A DNA stretch of 57,081 nucleotides from Patescibacteria group bacterium (GCA_028717225.1 JAQUOF010000003.1:1-57081); one strand, 5' to 3'; numbered from the stretch's first letter, positions 1-10,662 are shown. Translations and numbers: made by a program. Notes: generated by a model from the sequence alone, not told the origin.

Positions 1-1
1 A

Positions 2-667
2 GAAGAAATTAAAAAAATAGTCGCTTTTCATACGGCCGGCGACGCGGAAGGTCAATGGGATATTAAGGGTATTGCCAATTTAATTAAAAATATTTTCCCG
101 GTTCAGGAAAATTTAGAAGAAGCCTTGAATGATATTTATAATCAAGCCGGAAATCGTTCGCAAGATGTTTATACTCGCGACAGATTGATAAAATATTTGG
201 AAGAATTGGCCCATGAAGCTTATAATAAATTGGAAGCGACAGTTGAAGCATCGGGCAAAGCATTATCAATTCCGGAACCTAATTTATTGGAAAAAATTGA
301 AAAATCAATTTTGCTTCAAAGTATTGACCGTTATTGGATTTATCATTTGGAAATTATCAATAATCTTAAAGATGGTATCGGACTCAGAGCTTATGGCCAG
401 CACGATCCCTTAGTGGAATATAAAAAAGAATCTTTTCAAAAATTCAACCAACTTCTTGACGCGATTGACAAGCAAGTGGTTTATTCCATTTACAAAGTCG
501 GTTTGGTGGAAAGAGCGCCAATGCAGCAATCCAAAAAAATGAGTTTAAGCGGAGCGGAAAAATCAACAAATAATGTAGAACCGATAAATAGCAAACAAAA
601 AGTCGGACGAAATGATCCCTGTCCTTGCGGTTCAGGAAAGAAGTATAAAAAATGCTGTGGGAAATAG
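2..667 (+). CDS. secA: SecA preprotein translocase ATPase, C-terminal part (5' end upstream of window)
   Basis: Frame open from window edge. Ends in the SecA zinc-binding tail [34 protein letters not shown] motif lies upstream. Confidence 0.85.
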   Translation, partial: EEIKKIVAFHTAGDAEGQWDIKGIANLIKNIFPVQENLEEALNDIYNQAGNRSQDVYTRDRLIKYLEELAHEAYNKLEATVEASGKALSIPEPNLLEKIEKSILLQSIDRYWIYHLEIINNLKDGIGLRAYGQHDPLVEYKKESFQKFNQLLDAIDKQVVYSIYKVGLVERAPMQQSKKMSLSGAEKSTNNVEPINSKQKVGRNDPCPCGSGKKYKKCCGK

Positions 668-677
668 ACATTAAAAT

Positions 678-1004
678 ATGAGTCAATCTAATAACGTAAA
701 AATTGTAGTATTTGTGCCAGAATCTCATACAGACATAGTTCGTGAAGCTATGGGTAGGGCAGGTGCGGGGAAAATCGGCAATTACACTTATTGCAGTTTT
801 TCATCAAAAGGTATTGGGCGATTTAAACCCGAAGAAGGCGCGCGTCCCAATATTGGAGAAGTGGGTAAATTTGAATCGGTTGCAGAAGAAAGAATAGAAG
901 TTGTATGTGAACGAGATAAGGTAATAGACGTGATAGGGGCAATTAAGAAAGTTCATCCTTATGAAGAAGTTGCGTTGGACATATATCCAATGGAAGAAAT
1001 TTAA
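678..1004 (+). CDS. Small PII-like / NIF3-insert-like protein (YqfO C-terminal-domain type)
   Basis: 108 aa. The VVFVPESHTDIVREAMGRAGAGKIGNYTYCSF...HPYEEVALDIYPME pattern matches stand-alone NIF3-related proteins of about 100 aa, as recalled from memory. Confidence 0.5.
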   Translation: MSQSNNVKIVVFVPESHTDIVREAMGRAGAGKIGNYTYCSFSSKGIGRFKPEEGARPNIGEVGKFESVAEERIEVVCERDKVIDVIGAIKKVHPYEEVALDIYPMEEI

Positions 1005-1192
1005 TTTGTGTAAAATATTATTAATAATTAAAAAATTTATGAAAAAAATGAAAGGGCTAGATTATTTGGGCTTTTTGGGTTTTCTCGGTTTCTTGGGATT
1101 TTTAGGAAAATATAACGGATGGAATTATTTTAATTTCCTCCATTTCCTTAATTTTTTGAGATTTTTTGGGAATAAAAATACTGAAAAATAAA

Positions 1193-1636
1193 ATGAAGAA
1201 AATCGATAAAGTTTTGAAAATAATCTCGGAAAAATTAAAAAGCGTTGACTACGCTTTTATTGGTTCAGTGAATTTATATATCCAGGGTTTAAAAATTCAA
1301 CCAGGGGATATTGATATTTCAACTACTCCCGAAATAATAAAAGAAATTGATGAAATTTTAAAAGAGTACCGGACAAAAGAAATTTATTTTGATAAAAGCG
1401 AGGGGCGGAATTCGTTCAGAAGTTTTTATCAAATTGATGGCATGGAAATTGAGATTCTGGGAAATGTAAATAATATTTCCAGAAAACCGGATAGTTTGAA
1501 AGATAAAATTTATATAGAATTTAATAAAATAAAACTTCCCTGCATGTCTTTAAATGATGAATTGAATGTGTACGAAAAAATAGGCCGCAAAGAAAAAGTT
1601 GAAATGATTAAAAAATTTTTAGAGACTGAGGAATAA
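1193..1636 (+). CDS. Minimal nucleotidyltransferase-fold protein
   Basis: IGSVNLYIQGLKIQPGDIDI resembles the GS...DxD motif of small NTases. Start moved to ATG 1193, just after the stop of the preceding frame. Confidence 0.45.
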   Translation: MKKIDKVLKIISEKLKSVDYAFIGSVNLYIQGLKIQPGDIDISTTPEIIKEIDEILKEYRTKEIYFDKSEGRNSFRSFYQIDGMEIEILGNVNNISRKPDSLKDKIYIEFNKIKLPCMSLNDELNVYEKIGRKEKVEMIKKFLETEE

Positions 1637-1709
1637 AAAACATCCTCATATTCTTGAGAATGTGAGAATGTTATAATGTAGAAAATATAAAGAATAAGAT
1701 TAAAAAATT

Positions 1710-2135
1710 ATGGAGAATAAATTAATAAGAAATACAAAATGCGCCGGAGGTGTTGTTGTCAACAATGACAATAAAATTCTTGTCGTAAGTCAAGGCGGCA
1801 GAACATGGTCCTTACCAAAGGGTCACGTAGATGAAGGAGAAGACGAATTAGATACGGCAAAAAGAGAAATTTATGAAGAATCAGGAATAAAAGATTTGAA
1901 ATTGATAAAAAATTTGGGCAATTATCAACGGTATAGATTGGCAAGAGATAGCGGAGAAGATGAATCAGAATTAAAGACTATCACGATATTTTTATTTAGA
2001 ACTTCGCAAAGCATACTTAAACCGATTGATCCGGAAAATCCGGAAGCAAGATGGGTTGAAAAAGATAAAGTTGCGGATTTATTGACTCACAAAAAAGATA
2101 AAGAATTTTTTTTGAAAATTAAGGAAGAAATATAA
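1710..2135 (+). CDS. NUDIX hydrolase
   Basis: Nudix box GHVDEGEDELDTAKREIYEESGI. Confidence 0.85.
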   Translation: MENKLIRNTKCAGGVVVNNDNKILVVSQGGRTWSLPKGHVDEGEDELDTAKREIYEESGIKDLKLIKNLGNYQRYRLARDSGEDESELKTITIFLFRTSQSILKPIDPENPEARWVEKDKVADLLTHKKDKEFFLKIKEEI

Positions 2136-2139
2136 AAAT

Positions 2140-2646
2140 ATGAAATCAAAAGTTATAATTGTTGATGAAAAAGATAATGTAATTGGTTATAAAGATCGAG
2201 ATATCGTGAAACAAGGGGATATTTATAGAGTGTCGGCATTATGGATTACAAATAGCAAGGGTGAAATTCTTTTAGCAAAAAGAGCTTTAAGTAAATTGCA
2301 TAATCCTGGAAAATGGGGGCCGGCGGTAGCTGGTACTGTTGAGAAAGGAGAAACTTATGATTCAAATATTATTAAAGAGGCAAACGAGGAAATAGGCTTA
2401 AAAAATATTGATTTAAAAAAGGGGCCAAAAGTGAGGATGTCCGGAAAATATAATCGTTTCATCCAATGGTATCTGCTTACAATAGATAAACCATTAAATA
2501 AATTTGTAATTGATCGAAACGAAGTTGAAGAAATAAAGTGGTTTTCCAGAGAGAATTTATTGAAAGAAATACAGAATAATCCAACCAAATTTTTAAAGAC
2601 AATGAAACAATACTGCATGTTATTTAAAAAGCGTTATGAAAAATAA
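2140..2646 (+). CDS. NUDIX hydrolase (Idi-like subgroup possible)
   Basis: Nudix box GTVEKGETYDSNIIKEANEEIGL. N-terminal YRVSALWITN...LLAKRA resembles type-1 IPP isomerase-like Nudix proteins. Confidence 0.75.
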   Translation: MKSKVIIVDEKDNVIGYKDRDIVKQGDIYRVSALWITNSKGEILLAKRALSKLHNPGKWGPAVAGTVEKGETYDSNIIKEANEEIGLKNIDLKKGPKVRMSGKYNRFIQWYLLTIDKPLNKFVIDRNEVEEIKWFSRENLLKEIQNNPTKFLKTMKQYCMLFKKRYEK

Positions 2647-3109
2647 AAATATAAAATTCAAGTCAAAACCGGGACAAATTGACTACACAAAAGCGCACTG
2701 GGCGCCGGTGATAAATTGCGTGATTAAATATAAAAATAAATTTCTTTTGGTTCAGCGAAGCGAGAAATTAAATTTTTATCCCGGATATTGGAATGGAATT
2801 TCCGGATTTTTGGATGACAATAAAACCTTGGCGGAAAAAGTAGAAGAGGAGTTAAGGGAAGAATTAGGCATTAATAAAAAAGATATTTTACAAATTCGGC
2901 TCGGAGAAATTTTTGACCAAGATGAACCAAAATATAAAAAAACCTGGATTGTTCATCCGGTATTGGTAAAAGTGAAAACTGATAAAATAAAACTTGATTG
3001 GGAGGCGAGAAATTATCAATGGGTTGATTTACAAGAGGCGGATAAATTAAAACTATTGCCCGGTTTTGACAAGGTTTTAGAAAATCTATCGCCTTGGCTG
3101 CGTAAATGA
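2636..3109 (+). CDS. NUDIX hydrolase
   Basis: Nudix box GFLDDNKTLAEKVEEELREELGI. Overlaps the previous gene by 11 nt. Confidence 0.75.
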   Translation: MKNKNIKFKSKPGQIDYTKAHWAPVINCVIKYKNKFLLVQRSEKLNFYPGYWNGISGFLDDNKTLAEKVEEELREELGINKKDILQIRLGEIFDQDEPKYKKTWIVHPVLVKVKTDKIKLDWEARNYQWVDLQEADKLKLLPGFDKVLENLSPWLRK

Positions 3110-3205
3110 AATAAGGCAGCTGGGTATAAATAGTTGACTTTTTTTTTGTTAATGTTAGAATAATCATATATTTATTTAAAACTAAATTGTTAGAAAAAAG
3201 ATATT

Positions 3206-4819
3206 ATGACTCGCAATAAACTTTGGACAATTTTTTTAAGCATTATCGTTTTGACTGTTTTATCTCTTTTAATTGATATTCCGCGTCTTCCATCTTGGGT
3301 TCCGGGACATCAATGGTTCACCAAGCAAAAAGTCCATCTAGGACTTGATTTGCAAGGCGGCACTCAATTGATTTATCAAGCCAATACTTCGCAAATTCCC
3401 GACGACCAAAAAGTTTCAGCCGTTGAAGGAGCGCGTGACGTGATTGAACGACGGGTAAATGTTTTTGGCGTTGCCGAACCTTTGATTCAAACCGCTAAAG
3501 TGGGGGAAGATTGGCGCGTAATCGTGGAATTGCCCGGCATTAAAAATGTCAGCGATGCCATTAAAATGATCGGCGAAACTCCAACTTTGGAATTTAAAGA
3601 ACAGGCTCCGCAAACAGGTGCAGGTGATCCGGCGGTAATTGCGCAATATAATCAAACGGCAAAGCAAAAAGCGGAATCAATCTTACAGCAAGCGCTTCAA
3701 CCCAATGCTAATTTTAGTGCTTTAGCCAAACAATATTCTGAAGATCCGGGCTCAAAAGATAAGGGCGGAGATTTAGGTTGGTTTACCAAAGGAACAATGG
3801 TTCCTGAATTTGAAGCAGCTGCTTTTGATCTAAAAAAAGGAGAAACGACAAAAACATTAGTTCAAACATCTTTCGGTTATCATATTATTAAAAAAGTTGA
3901 TGAACGAACAAATGATAAGGGGGAGGCGGAAGTAATGGCCAGCCATATTTTAATTTTAACTCAAGCTCAAACAACGCCGCAAACTGCTAATTGGCAATAT
4001 ACCGGTTTGACCGGCAAGCAATTAAAAAGCGCGACAATGACTTTTGATTCTAATTCCAATGAGCCTCAAGTTTCTTTGGAATTTAATGAAGAAGGAACAA
4101 AACTTTTTGGAGAAATCACCACCAGGAATGTTTCCAAACCAGTGGCGATATTTTTAGATGGCGTTCCTTTAAGTGTTCCAACTGTTAATGAACCGATTAC
4201 CAGTGGCAAGGCAGTGATTACCGGAAAATTTGATTTAAAAGAAGCTAAAGAGTTAGCGACAAGACTTTCTGCCGGCGCTTTGCCAGTACCGATAACATTA
4301 ATCAGTCAGCAAAATATCGGGCCGACTTTGGGTAAGCTTTCAGTGCAAAACAGTTTACTCGCCGGACTATTGGGTATGTTGGCAGTAATGTTATTTATGA
4401 TTATTTTCTATCGCAAGCGCGGATTTTTAGCCAGTATTGCTTTGATCATCTATGCTCTAATAAGTTTGGCTTTATTTAAACTGATTCCGATTACTTTAAC
4501 TTTAGCCGGAGTGGCCGGTTTTATCTTGTCTCTTGGTATGGCGGTTGATGCGAATGTTTTAATTTTTGAACGCATTCAGGATGAAGAGAGACTGGGAAAA
4601 TCTTCAACCAGTGCTATTACTGACGGTTTTTCTCATGCCTGGTCGGCTATTCGCGACAGCAATACAACCACCTTAATCACTTGTTTTATTCTTTATCAAT
4701 TCGGTTCAAGCACGGTAAAGGGTTTTGGTTTAACCTTGGGATTGGGCGTTTTGGTGAGTATATTTACAGCCATTACCGTTACCAGAACTTTATTAAAAAT
4801 AGTAACTAAAAAATCATAA
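3206..4819 (+). CDS. secD: Protein translocase subunit SecD with an internal parvulin (PpiC)-like segment
   Basis: N-terminal [10 protein letters not shown] motif and C-terminal multi-TM block as in SecD. Residues about 160-235 read [24 protein letters not shown]...FGYHIIKK, a parvulin rotamase signature. Confidence 0.85.
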   Translation: MTRNKLWTIFLSIIVLTVLSLLIDIPRLPSWVPGHQWFTKQKVHLGLDLQGGTQLIYQANTSQIPDDQKVSAVEGARDVIERRVNVFGVAEPLIQTAKVGEDWRVIVELPGIKNVSDAIKMIGETPTLEFKEQAPQTGAGDPAVIAQYNQTAKQKAESILQQALQPNANFSALAKQYSEDPGSKDKGGDLGWFTKGTMVPEFEAAAFDLKKGETTKTLVQTSFGYHIIKKVDERTNDKGEAEVMASHILILTQAQTTPQTANWQYTGLTGKQLKSATMTFDSNSNEPQVSLEFNEEGTKLFGEITTRNVSKPVAIFLDGVPLSVPTVNEPITSGKAVITGKFDLKEAKELATRLSAGALPVPITLISQQNIGPTLGKLSVQNSLLAGLLGMLAVMLFMIIFYRKRGFLASIALIIYALISLALFKLIPITLTLAGVAGFILSLGMAVDANVLIFERIQDEERLGKSSTSAITDGFSHAWSAIRDSNTTTLITCFILYQFGSSTVKGFGLTLGLGVLVSIFTAITVTRTLLKIVTKKS

Positions 4820-4829
4820 TTAAATATAT

Positions 4830-5717
4830 ATGTATAACATTGTTGGTCATCGTAAAATTTTCTTCACTTTTTCCATCGTAGTTTGCGGTCTTTCACTTTT
4901 GGCTGTAATTTTTTGGGGATTAAAACCAGGCATTGATTTTACCGGCGGCACGTTGATGCAAATTAATTATTCAAAAACCAGACCGGCTAATTCAGAGGTT
5001 ATAAATCAATTGTCTTCATTAAATTTAGGAGAAATTAATATTCAGACTATTGGCCAAAATGATTTGATTTTAAGATTTAAACAAATCAATGAAGAAAACC
5101 ATCAAGCTGTTTTGAAAGCGCTGGGGGCGGATGTTACCGAGCAAAGTTTTGAATCAATCGGACCGATTTTAGGCGGAGAGTTTGTAGTAAAATCTTGGTG
5201 GGCGATTGCACTGGCGTTAATTGCCATATTCTTTTATATAGCTTGGGCTTTTAGAAAGTTAGCTAATTTCTCTCGCCAGAGCGAATATTGGCGATATAGC
5301 GGTGGTGCTTTAATTGCTTTATTCCACGATGTTCTAGTGATGTGCGGTTTTTTTGCCGTGATGGGTCATTTTAATGGCACAGAAATCAATGCTTCTTTTA
5401 TTATGGCTATTTTAACCGTGGAAGGTTTTTCAGTACACGACACGATTGTAGTTTTTGATAGAATTAGGGAAAATGTTTTACTTTACGGCAGCCGTAATTT
5501 GGAAGAAACTATTAATAGAAGCATTAATGGAACGATTGTCAGATCTCTAAATACTTCCATTACTACAATTTTTGCTTTAGTGGCAATTTATTTATTCGGC
5601 GGTGCTTCTATTCGAAATTTTGCCACGGCGATGATGGTAGGTATTATTACCGGAACTTACAGTTCTATTGCTATCGCCAGCCCATTTTTAATGGTCTTTA
5701 GAAAACCCGCTAAATAA
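4830..5717 (+). CDS. secF: Protein translocase subunit SecF
   Basis: GIDFTGGT motif, six predicted TMs, directly downstream of secD. Confidence 0.9.
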   Translation: MYNIVGHRKIFFTFSIVVCGLSLLAVIFWGLKPGIDFTGGTLMQINYSKTRPANSEVINQLSSLNLGEINIQTIGQNDLILRFKQINEENHQAVLKALGADVTEQSFESIGPILGGEFVVKSWWAIALALIAIFFYIAWAFRKLANFSRQSEYWRYSGGALIALFHDVLVMCGFFAVMGHFNGTEINASFIMAILTVEGFSVHDTIVVFDRIRENVLLYGSRNLEETINRSINGTIVRSLNTSITTIFALVAIYLFGGASIRNFATAMMVGIITGTYSSIAIASPFLMVFRKPAK

Positions 5718-5735
5718 TTTTTTAAGAATTTTGGT

Positions 5736-6821
5736 ATGCGCGTAGCTTTGATTCATGATTTTTTAACTCAATACGGAGGAGCGGAAAAAGTTTTGGAAGT
5801 ATTCCATGAAATTTGGCCCGAAGCGCCGGTTTTTACTTTGCTCTATGACAAAGATACAATGGGCCAGCATTTTAAAGATTATGATATTAAGGTTTCGCCC
5901 ATTCAAAATTTGCCCTTTGGCGTTAAAAAATACAGATGGTATCTTCCATTAATGCAGGCAGCGATTGAAAGATTTAATTTGAATAATTTTGATTTGGTTA
6001 TTTCCAACACATCGGCTTATTCCAAAGGAGTGATTACAAAGCCTCATACTCGTTTTATCTGTTACTGCTTGACTCCAACTCGTTATTTATGGTCTGATAC
6101 TTATGAATATCTTGAGGGTTTAACCGGAGCGGAAAGATTGGTAAAAAAGTTTTTACCTCCAATGTTGACTGATTTGAGAAAATGGGATTTTATCGCCGCG
6201 CAAAGACCGGATTTTATGATTGCTATTTCCAAATTCGTTGCTCAGCGGATTCAAAAATATTATCGCCGCCAGCCGGAAACGATAATTTATCCGCCGGTTG
6301 ATACGGATAAATTTCATATCTCAAATGAAATAGGCGATTACTTTTTAATGGTTTCGCGATTCAGGCCTTATAAAAAAGTTGATTTGGTTATTCAAACTTT
6401 CAATAAATTAAAAATACCTTTAAAACTTATCGGCATTGGCGAAGATAAAGCAATGAGAAAAATCGCCGGTCCGAATATAGAATTTTTGGGTTTTGTTTCG
6501 GAAAAAGAAAAAGCTCATTATTTGTCGCATTGCAAAGCGTTCATTCATCCGCAAGAAGAAGATTTCGGCATTACGGTTGTTGAAGCAATGGCCAGCGGCC
6601 GGCCGGTGATCGCTTATAAAGCAGGCGGCGCTCTCGAAACCGTGATTGAAGGAGAAACCGGAGAATTTTTTGACGAGCAGAATTGGGAAAATTTGGCCGA
6701 AACAATTATTAAATTCAAACCGGAAAATTATAATCCGGAAAAAATCCGAGCTCACGCTTTGAAATTTAACAAAGAAAGATTTAAAAAAGAATTTTTAGAA
6801 TTTATCAACTCCCATGCTTAA
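5736..6821 (+). CDS. Glycosyltransferase family 4 (GT-B, retaining type)
   Basis: C-terminal EDFGITVVEAMASGRPVIAYKAGGALETVIEGETGEFF (E-x7-E motif). Confidence 0.85.
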   Translation: MRVALIHDFLTQYGGAEKVLEVFHEIWPEAPVFTLLYDKDTMGQHFKDYDIKVSPIQNLPFGVKKYRWYLPLMQAAIERFNLNNFDLVISNTSAYSKGVITKPHTRFICYCLTPTRYLWSDTYEYLEGLTGAERLVKKFLPPMLTDLRKWDFIAAQRPDFMIAISKFVAQRIQKYYRRQPETIIYPPVDTDKFHISNEIGDYFLMVSRFRPYKKVDLVIQTFNKLKIPLKLIGIGEDKAMRKIAGPNIEFLGFVSEKEKAHYLSHCKAFIHPQEEDFGITVVEAMASGRPVIAYKAGGALETVIEGETGEFFDEQNWENLAETIIKFKPENYNPEKIRAHALKFNKERFKKEFLEFINSHA

Positions 6822-8394
6822 AAGATTTTTTAAATTGGAGTCAACCGTTGCCGGCGGAGCAATAATTATTGCTCTTTTTTCTATTTTAAGTCGCTTGCTC
6901 GGGCTTTTGAGAGATCGTTTGTTAAGCGCCAATTTCGGCGCCGGTAAAGTTTTGGATGCTTATTACGCCGCTTTCAGATTGCCGGATTTGGTTTTCAATA
7001 CTTTGGTTTTAGGGGCGCTTTCAGTCGCTTTTATTCCGGTTTTTTTGGAATATTTCGCCAAAGACAAAAAAGAGGCTTTTAAAGTTGCCAATTCTTTATT
7101 AAATGTTTTATTGACAGTCATTTTATTTTTAGTGGTTGTCTTTTTTATTTTTGCTCCAGTTTTGACTAAATTAATGGTGCCGGGGTTTGATTTGGAAACC
7201 AGATTGCTGACCATTAAATTGACGAGAATAATGTTGATCAGTATTTTGTTATTTACAATCAGCAATATCGCCGGCAGTATTTTAAATTCTTTTAAAAAAT
7301 GGCTGGCCTACAGTTTGGCATCCATAATGTATAATTTGGGAATTATTTTCGGCATCGTATTTTTGGTGAAAAAAATGGGATTTACCGGCTTGGCTTGGGG
7401 TGTGGTTTTGGGCGCGTTTTTGCATCTTTTAGTTCAAATTCCAAGTCTTTTAAAAACCGGTTATCGTCCGCAGTTTATTTTCAATTGGCGCCATCCGGCT
7501 GTTAAAAAAATCAGTGTTTTAATGCTGCCTCGCTGTTTCGCTTTGGGAATCAGGCAATTCAATTTGATCGCCACCACTTTTATCGCTTCATCTATTGCCG
7601 TGGGCGCAGTGGCTATTTATAATTTGGCTTTTAATTTGGTCAGTTTTCCGATCGGTATTTTCGGCGTTTCCTTGGCCTTGGCTGTTTTTCCGGTTTTGAG
7701 TCAAAGCTTTATTGACGGAGATAAAGTTCTTTTTAATCATCAAATTTCCAAAACAATTCGACGGATTTTATATTTGATAATTCCCGCCACGGCCTTGTTT
7801 ATTATTTTAAAAACTCAAATAGTCAGATTGATTTTAGGAACCGGCGCTTTTTCTCAGAGAGATATTATTTTAACCGCTCAGGCTTTGGCCTGGTTCTCCA
7901 TTTCTTTATTCTCAGAAAGCTTGATTCCGGTTTTTGCCAGAGCTTTTTACGCTGTTCAGGACACGAAAACTCCGACGATTATCGCCGCGATCAGTTTTGC
8001 AATAAATATCATCGGTTGCGTGATTTTGGGACATTTAATGAAAATCAGCGGTTTGGCTTTGGCTTTTTCAATTTCTTCTGTTATAAATATCGGCTTGCTT
8101 TATTTTTATCTTAATAAAAAAATTGGAGATTTTGAAAAGAAAAAAATATTTTTATCATTTGGACGAATTGTTTTTGTTTCTTTGGCCATGGCGAGCTTTA
8201 TCCAAATCATAAATCATAAAATGGCATTATTGTTGAATCTGCAAACTTTTGCCGGCGTTTTAATTCAAACTATCTGCGCTTTGATTGTCGGAATTTTATT
8301 TTATTTGATTATTACTTTTGTTCTGCAATTTCCGGAAGTGGAAATTATCCATCAATTTATTGTTAGAAAATTTAAATTTCACCCCAAACATTAA
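6814..8394 (+). CDS. murJ: Lipid II flippase MurJ/MviN
   Basis: 526 aa polytopic protein. N-terminal LSRLLGLLRDRLLSANFGAG..DAYYAAFRLPD is typical of MurJ. Confidence 0.85.
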   Translation: MLKRFFKLESTVAGGAIIIALFSILSRLLGLLRDRLLSANFGAGKVLDAYYAAFRLPDLVFNTLVLGALSVAFIPVFLEYFAKDKKEAFKVANSLLNVLLTVILFLVVVFFIFAPVLTKLMVPGFDLETRLLTIKLTRIMLISILLFTISNIAGSILNSFKKWLAYSLASIMYNLGIIFGIVFLVKKMGFTGLAWGVVLGAFLHLLVQIPSLLKTGYRPQFIFNWRHPAVKKISVLMLPRCFALGIRQFNLIATTFIASSIAVGAVAIYNLAFNLVSFPIGIFGVSLALAVFPVLSQSFIDGDKVLFNHQISKTIRRILYLIIPATALFIILKTQIVRLILGTGAFSQRDIILTAQALAWFSISLFSESLIPVFARAFYAVQDTKTPTIIAAISFAINIIGCVILGHLMKISGLALAFSISSVINIGLLYFYLNKKIGDFEKKKIFLSFGRIVFVSLAMASFIQIINHKMALLLNLQTFAGVLIQTICALIVGILFYLIITFVLQFPEVEIIHQFIVRKFKFHPKH

Positions 8395-8395
8395 T

Positions 8396-10213
8396 ATGGA
8401 AACAAAACGGGTGCGCAATTTTTGCATTATCAGCCACGTAGATCACGGCAAATCAACTTTAGCCGATCGTTTTTTAGAATTCACAAATACGATTACCAAA
8501 GACAAAATGAAGCCCCAATATTTGGATCTGATGCCGCTGGAAAGAGAGCGCGGCATAACCATTAAGCTTCAGCCCGTTACCATGAAATACTCTTATCAAG
8601 GTGAAGTTTATACTTTTAATTTGATTGATACGCCGGGTCATGTTGATTTTTCCTATGAAGTTTCGCGTTCTTTGGCCGCAGTTGAAGGAGCAATTTTGTT
8701 GGTTGATATAAGCCAGGGGATTCAGGCTCAAACTTTGGCAAATCTTCATTTGGCCAAAAAACAAGGATTAACCATTATTCCGGTTGTTAATAAAATTGAC
8801 TTGCCCAATTTTGATTTGGAAGCCGTAAAAGAGGAATTGGCCAATCTTTTGAATATTGATAAATCTGAAATTATTTGTATTTCCGCAAAAAAAGGAATTG
8901 GTATAGAAAAAGTTTTGGAAGCGGTGATAAAAAAAGTTCCTGAACCAAAAGACGAATCAAAACAATCTTTTCAAGCTCTTATTTTTGATTCTCATTTTGA
9001 CGAATATAAGGGAGTGCTTTTGCATGTCAGAGTGTTTAAGGGAGTTATCAAAATAGATAATAGAATTAAATTATTGGGCAGCGGAGTAATTTTCCCGACT
9101 TTGGAAGTTGGGATTTTCAGTCCGGGTTTAAAAAAACAAGACAAACTTGAAGCAGGCGATATTGGTTACATAGTGACCGGTCTTAAAGAAATTGAGAAAT
9201 GTCGAGTCGGCGATACGGCCGCTTGTTTTCCGTCTCAGATAACCGCGCTTGAAGGTTATAAAGAACCGCAGCCAATGGTTTTTGCCAGTATTTATCCGAA
9301 AGAAGGAACTAAAAAAGAATTATTGCGCCAAGCTTTAAGCAAATTAAAATTAAATGACGCCAGTTTGACTTTTGAGCCAATTGGTTCAGTGGCTGATCAA
9401 TCTGTTTTTGGCATGGGATTCAGAGTCGGTTTTCTCGGACTCTTGCATTTGGATATTGTCAAAGAAAGATTAAAAAGAGAATATGGTCTTGATTTGGTTA
9501 TCACTTCGCCCAGCGTATCTTATAATATAAAATTCAAAACAGGCAAGAGCAAACTTATTTATTCGCCGACAGAATTTCCGGATCCGAGTCAGGTGGACAA
9601 AATTGAAGAACCATGGGTAAAAATTGATATTGTAACGCCAATCACATATATCGGTTCAATTATGGAATTGTTAAGAGGATATTTGGGAGTTTTCTTGTCA
9701 TTGGAATATATCTCCGGCGAAAAATACGGAAAATTTCAAAGAGCTGTTCTTCACTATGAAATGCCATTAGCCTTGCTTCTGGTTGATTTTTACGACAAAC
9801 TTAAAAGTATAACCAGTGGTTATACTTCTTACAGTTATGATTTTATGGGTTATCGGCCGACTGACGTGGTTAAATTGGATATATTGGTTGCCGGCGACGT
9901 AATAGAGCAACTATCCAGTATTGTTTACAGAGATTGGGCGCTTCGTTCGGGCCGCAGAATTGTCGGATCTTTGAAAGAAATTTTACCGCGCCAGCTTTTT
10001 GAGGTTAAACTTCAAGCCGCGGTTGGCGGAAAAATTTTAGCCTCGGAAAAAATATCACCTCTTCGCAAAGACGTGACGGCAAAATTATACGGAGGCGACG
10101 TGACCAGAAAAAATAAATTATTGGATAAACAAAAAAAGGGAAAACAAAAAATGGCGCGTTTAGGCAAGGTGGATATTCCACCGGAAGCATATTTGGCTAT
10201 CATAAAAAAATAA
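8396..10213 (+). CDS. lepA: Elongation factor 4 (LepA)
   Basis: IRNFCIISHVDHGKSTLADR G1 motif, DTPGHVDF, NKIDL, and LepA-specific C-terminal domain. Start placed at ATG 8396, immediately after the murJ stop. Confidence 0.95.
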   Translation: METKRVRNFCIISHVDHGKSTLADRFLEFTNTITKDKMKPQYLDLMPLERERGITIKLQPVTMKYSYQGEVYTFNLIDTPGHVDFSYEVSRSLAAVEGAILLVDISQGIQAQTLANLHLAKKQGLTIIPVVNKIDLPNFDLEAVKEELANLLNIDKSEIICISAKKGIGIEKVLEAVIKKVPEPKDESKQSFQALIFDSHFDEYKGVLLHVRVFKGVIKIDNRIKLLGSGVIFPTLEVGIFSPGLKKQDKLEAGDIGYIVTGLKEIEKCRVGDTAACFPSQITALEGYKEPQPMVFASIYPKEGTKKELLRQALSKLKLNDASLTFEPIGSVADQSVFGMGFRVGFLGLLHLDIVKERLKREYGLDLVITSPSVSYNIKFKTGKSKLIYSPTEFPDPSQVDKIEEPWVKIDIVTPITYIGSIMELLRGYLGVFLSLEYISGEKYGKFQRAVLHYEMPLALLLVDFYDKLKSITSGYTSYSYDFMGYRPTDVVKLDILVAGDVIEQLSSIVYRDWALRSGRRIVGSLKEILPRQLFEVKLQAAVGGKILASEKISPLRKDVTAKLYGGDVTRKNKLLDKQKKGKQKMARLGKVDIPPEAYLAIIKK

Positions 10214-10218
10214 ATTTT

Positions 10219-10611
10219 ATGATAAAAAAGAAATCAAATTTTAAAAAAATAATTGCTTCCAAGAGTTTATTTTATTTATTGATATTGGTTTTGATTTTCA
10301 GTTTGATAACGGCGATTCAAGAAATAAATCAGCAGATAAAATTAAAAAAAGAACTTTCAAAATTGGAAAATCAAAATTCTTTATTGGAAAAAGAAAATAA
10401 AGAAGCTGCCGATAAAATAGAGAAAATGCAAACTGATTATTTTCAAGAAAAAGTCGCTCGCGAAAAATTGGGCTTGCAAAAACCGGGGGAGCAAGTAGTA
10501 GTCATAACTTCTCAAAATACCCAATCTGATCAAGCAGCGAAATCAATCAGTAAAAGTTTAAATGAAAAAATATCAAATTTAAAAAATTGGTTTTACTATT
10601 TTTTTAAATAA
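10219..10611 (+). CDS. Septum formation initiator family protein (FtsB/DivIC-like)
   Basis: N-terminal TM, coiled coil, and YFQEKVAREKLGLQKPGEQVVVI motif. Confidence 0.6.
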   Translation: MIKKKSNFKKIIASKSLFYLLILVLIFSLITAIQEINQQIKLKKELSKLENQNSLLEKENKEAADKIEKMQTDYFQEKVAREKLGLQKPGEQVVVITSQNTQSDQAAKSISKSLNEKISNLKNWFYYFFK

Positions 10612-10617
10612 AAATTT

Positions 10618-10660
10618 AAAAATCAAAATCGGAAGTTTAACTTCCGATTTTGATTTTTTT
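10618..10660. terminator. Bidirectional intrinsic terminator
   Basis: 16-bp perfect stem AATCAAAATCGGAAGT / ACTTCCGATTTTGATT, flanked by A-run and T-run, between convergent genes. Confidence 0.8.
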
Positions 10661-10662
10661 CT

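Noticed and set aside
84-728. ORFs 84-269(-), 213-413(+) and 444-728(-) overlapping secA
   Set aside because: These are shadow or alternative-frame ORFs inside a well-supported SecA frame. They have low-complexity translations and no start signals.
961-1191. 76-aa ORF (or 51 aa from ATG 1039) with a GFLGFLGFLGFLG repeat
   Set aside because: It lies in an AT-rich spacer with a 9-nt periodic repeat (GGNTTYYTN) and no SD or recognisable family. It could be a tiny membrane peptide, but a DNA-level tandem repeat that happens to be open is equally likely. It is not called as a CDS.
8318-8395. N-terminal extensions of lepA (8318), murG (20569), hrcA (24690), the permease (55405) and the NDT-like gene (51067)
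   Set aside because: The extensions overlap the upstream gene, terminator or repeat element and add non-conserved residues. Internal ATGs coincide with conserved N-termini and with promoter geometry.
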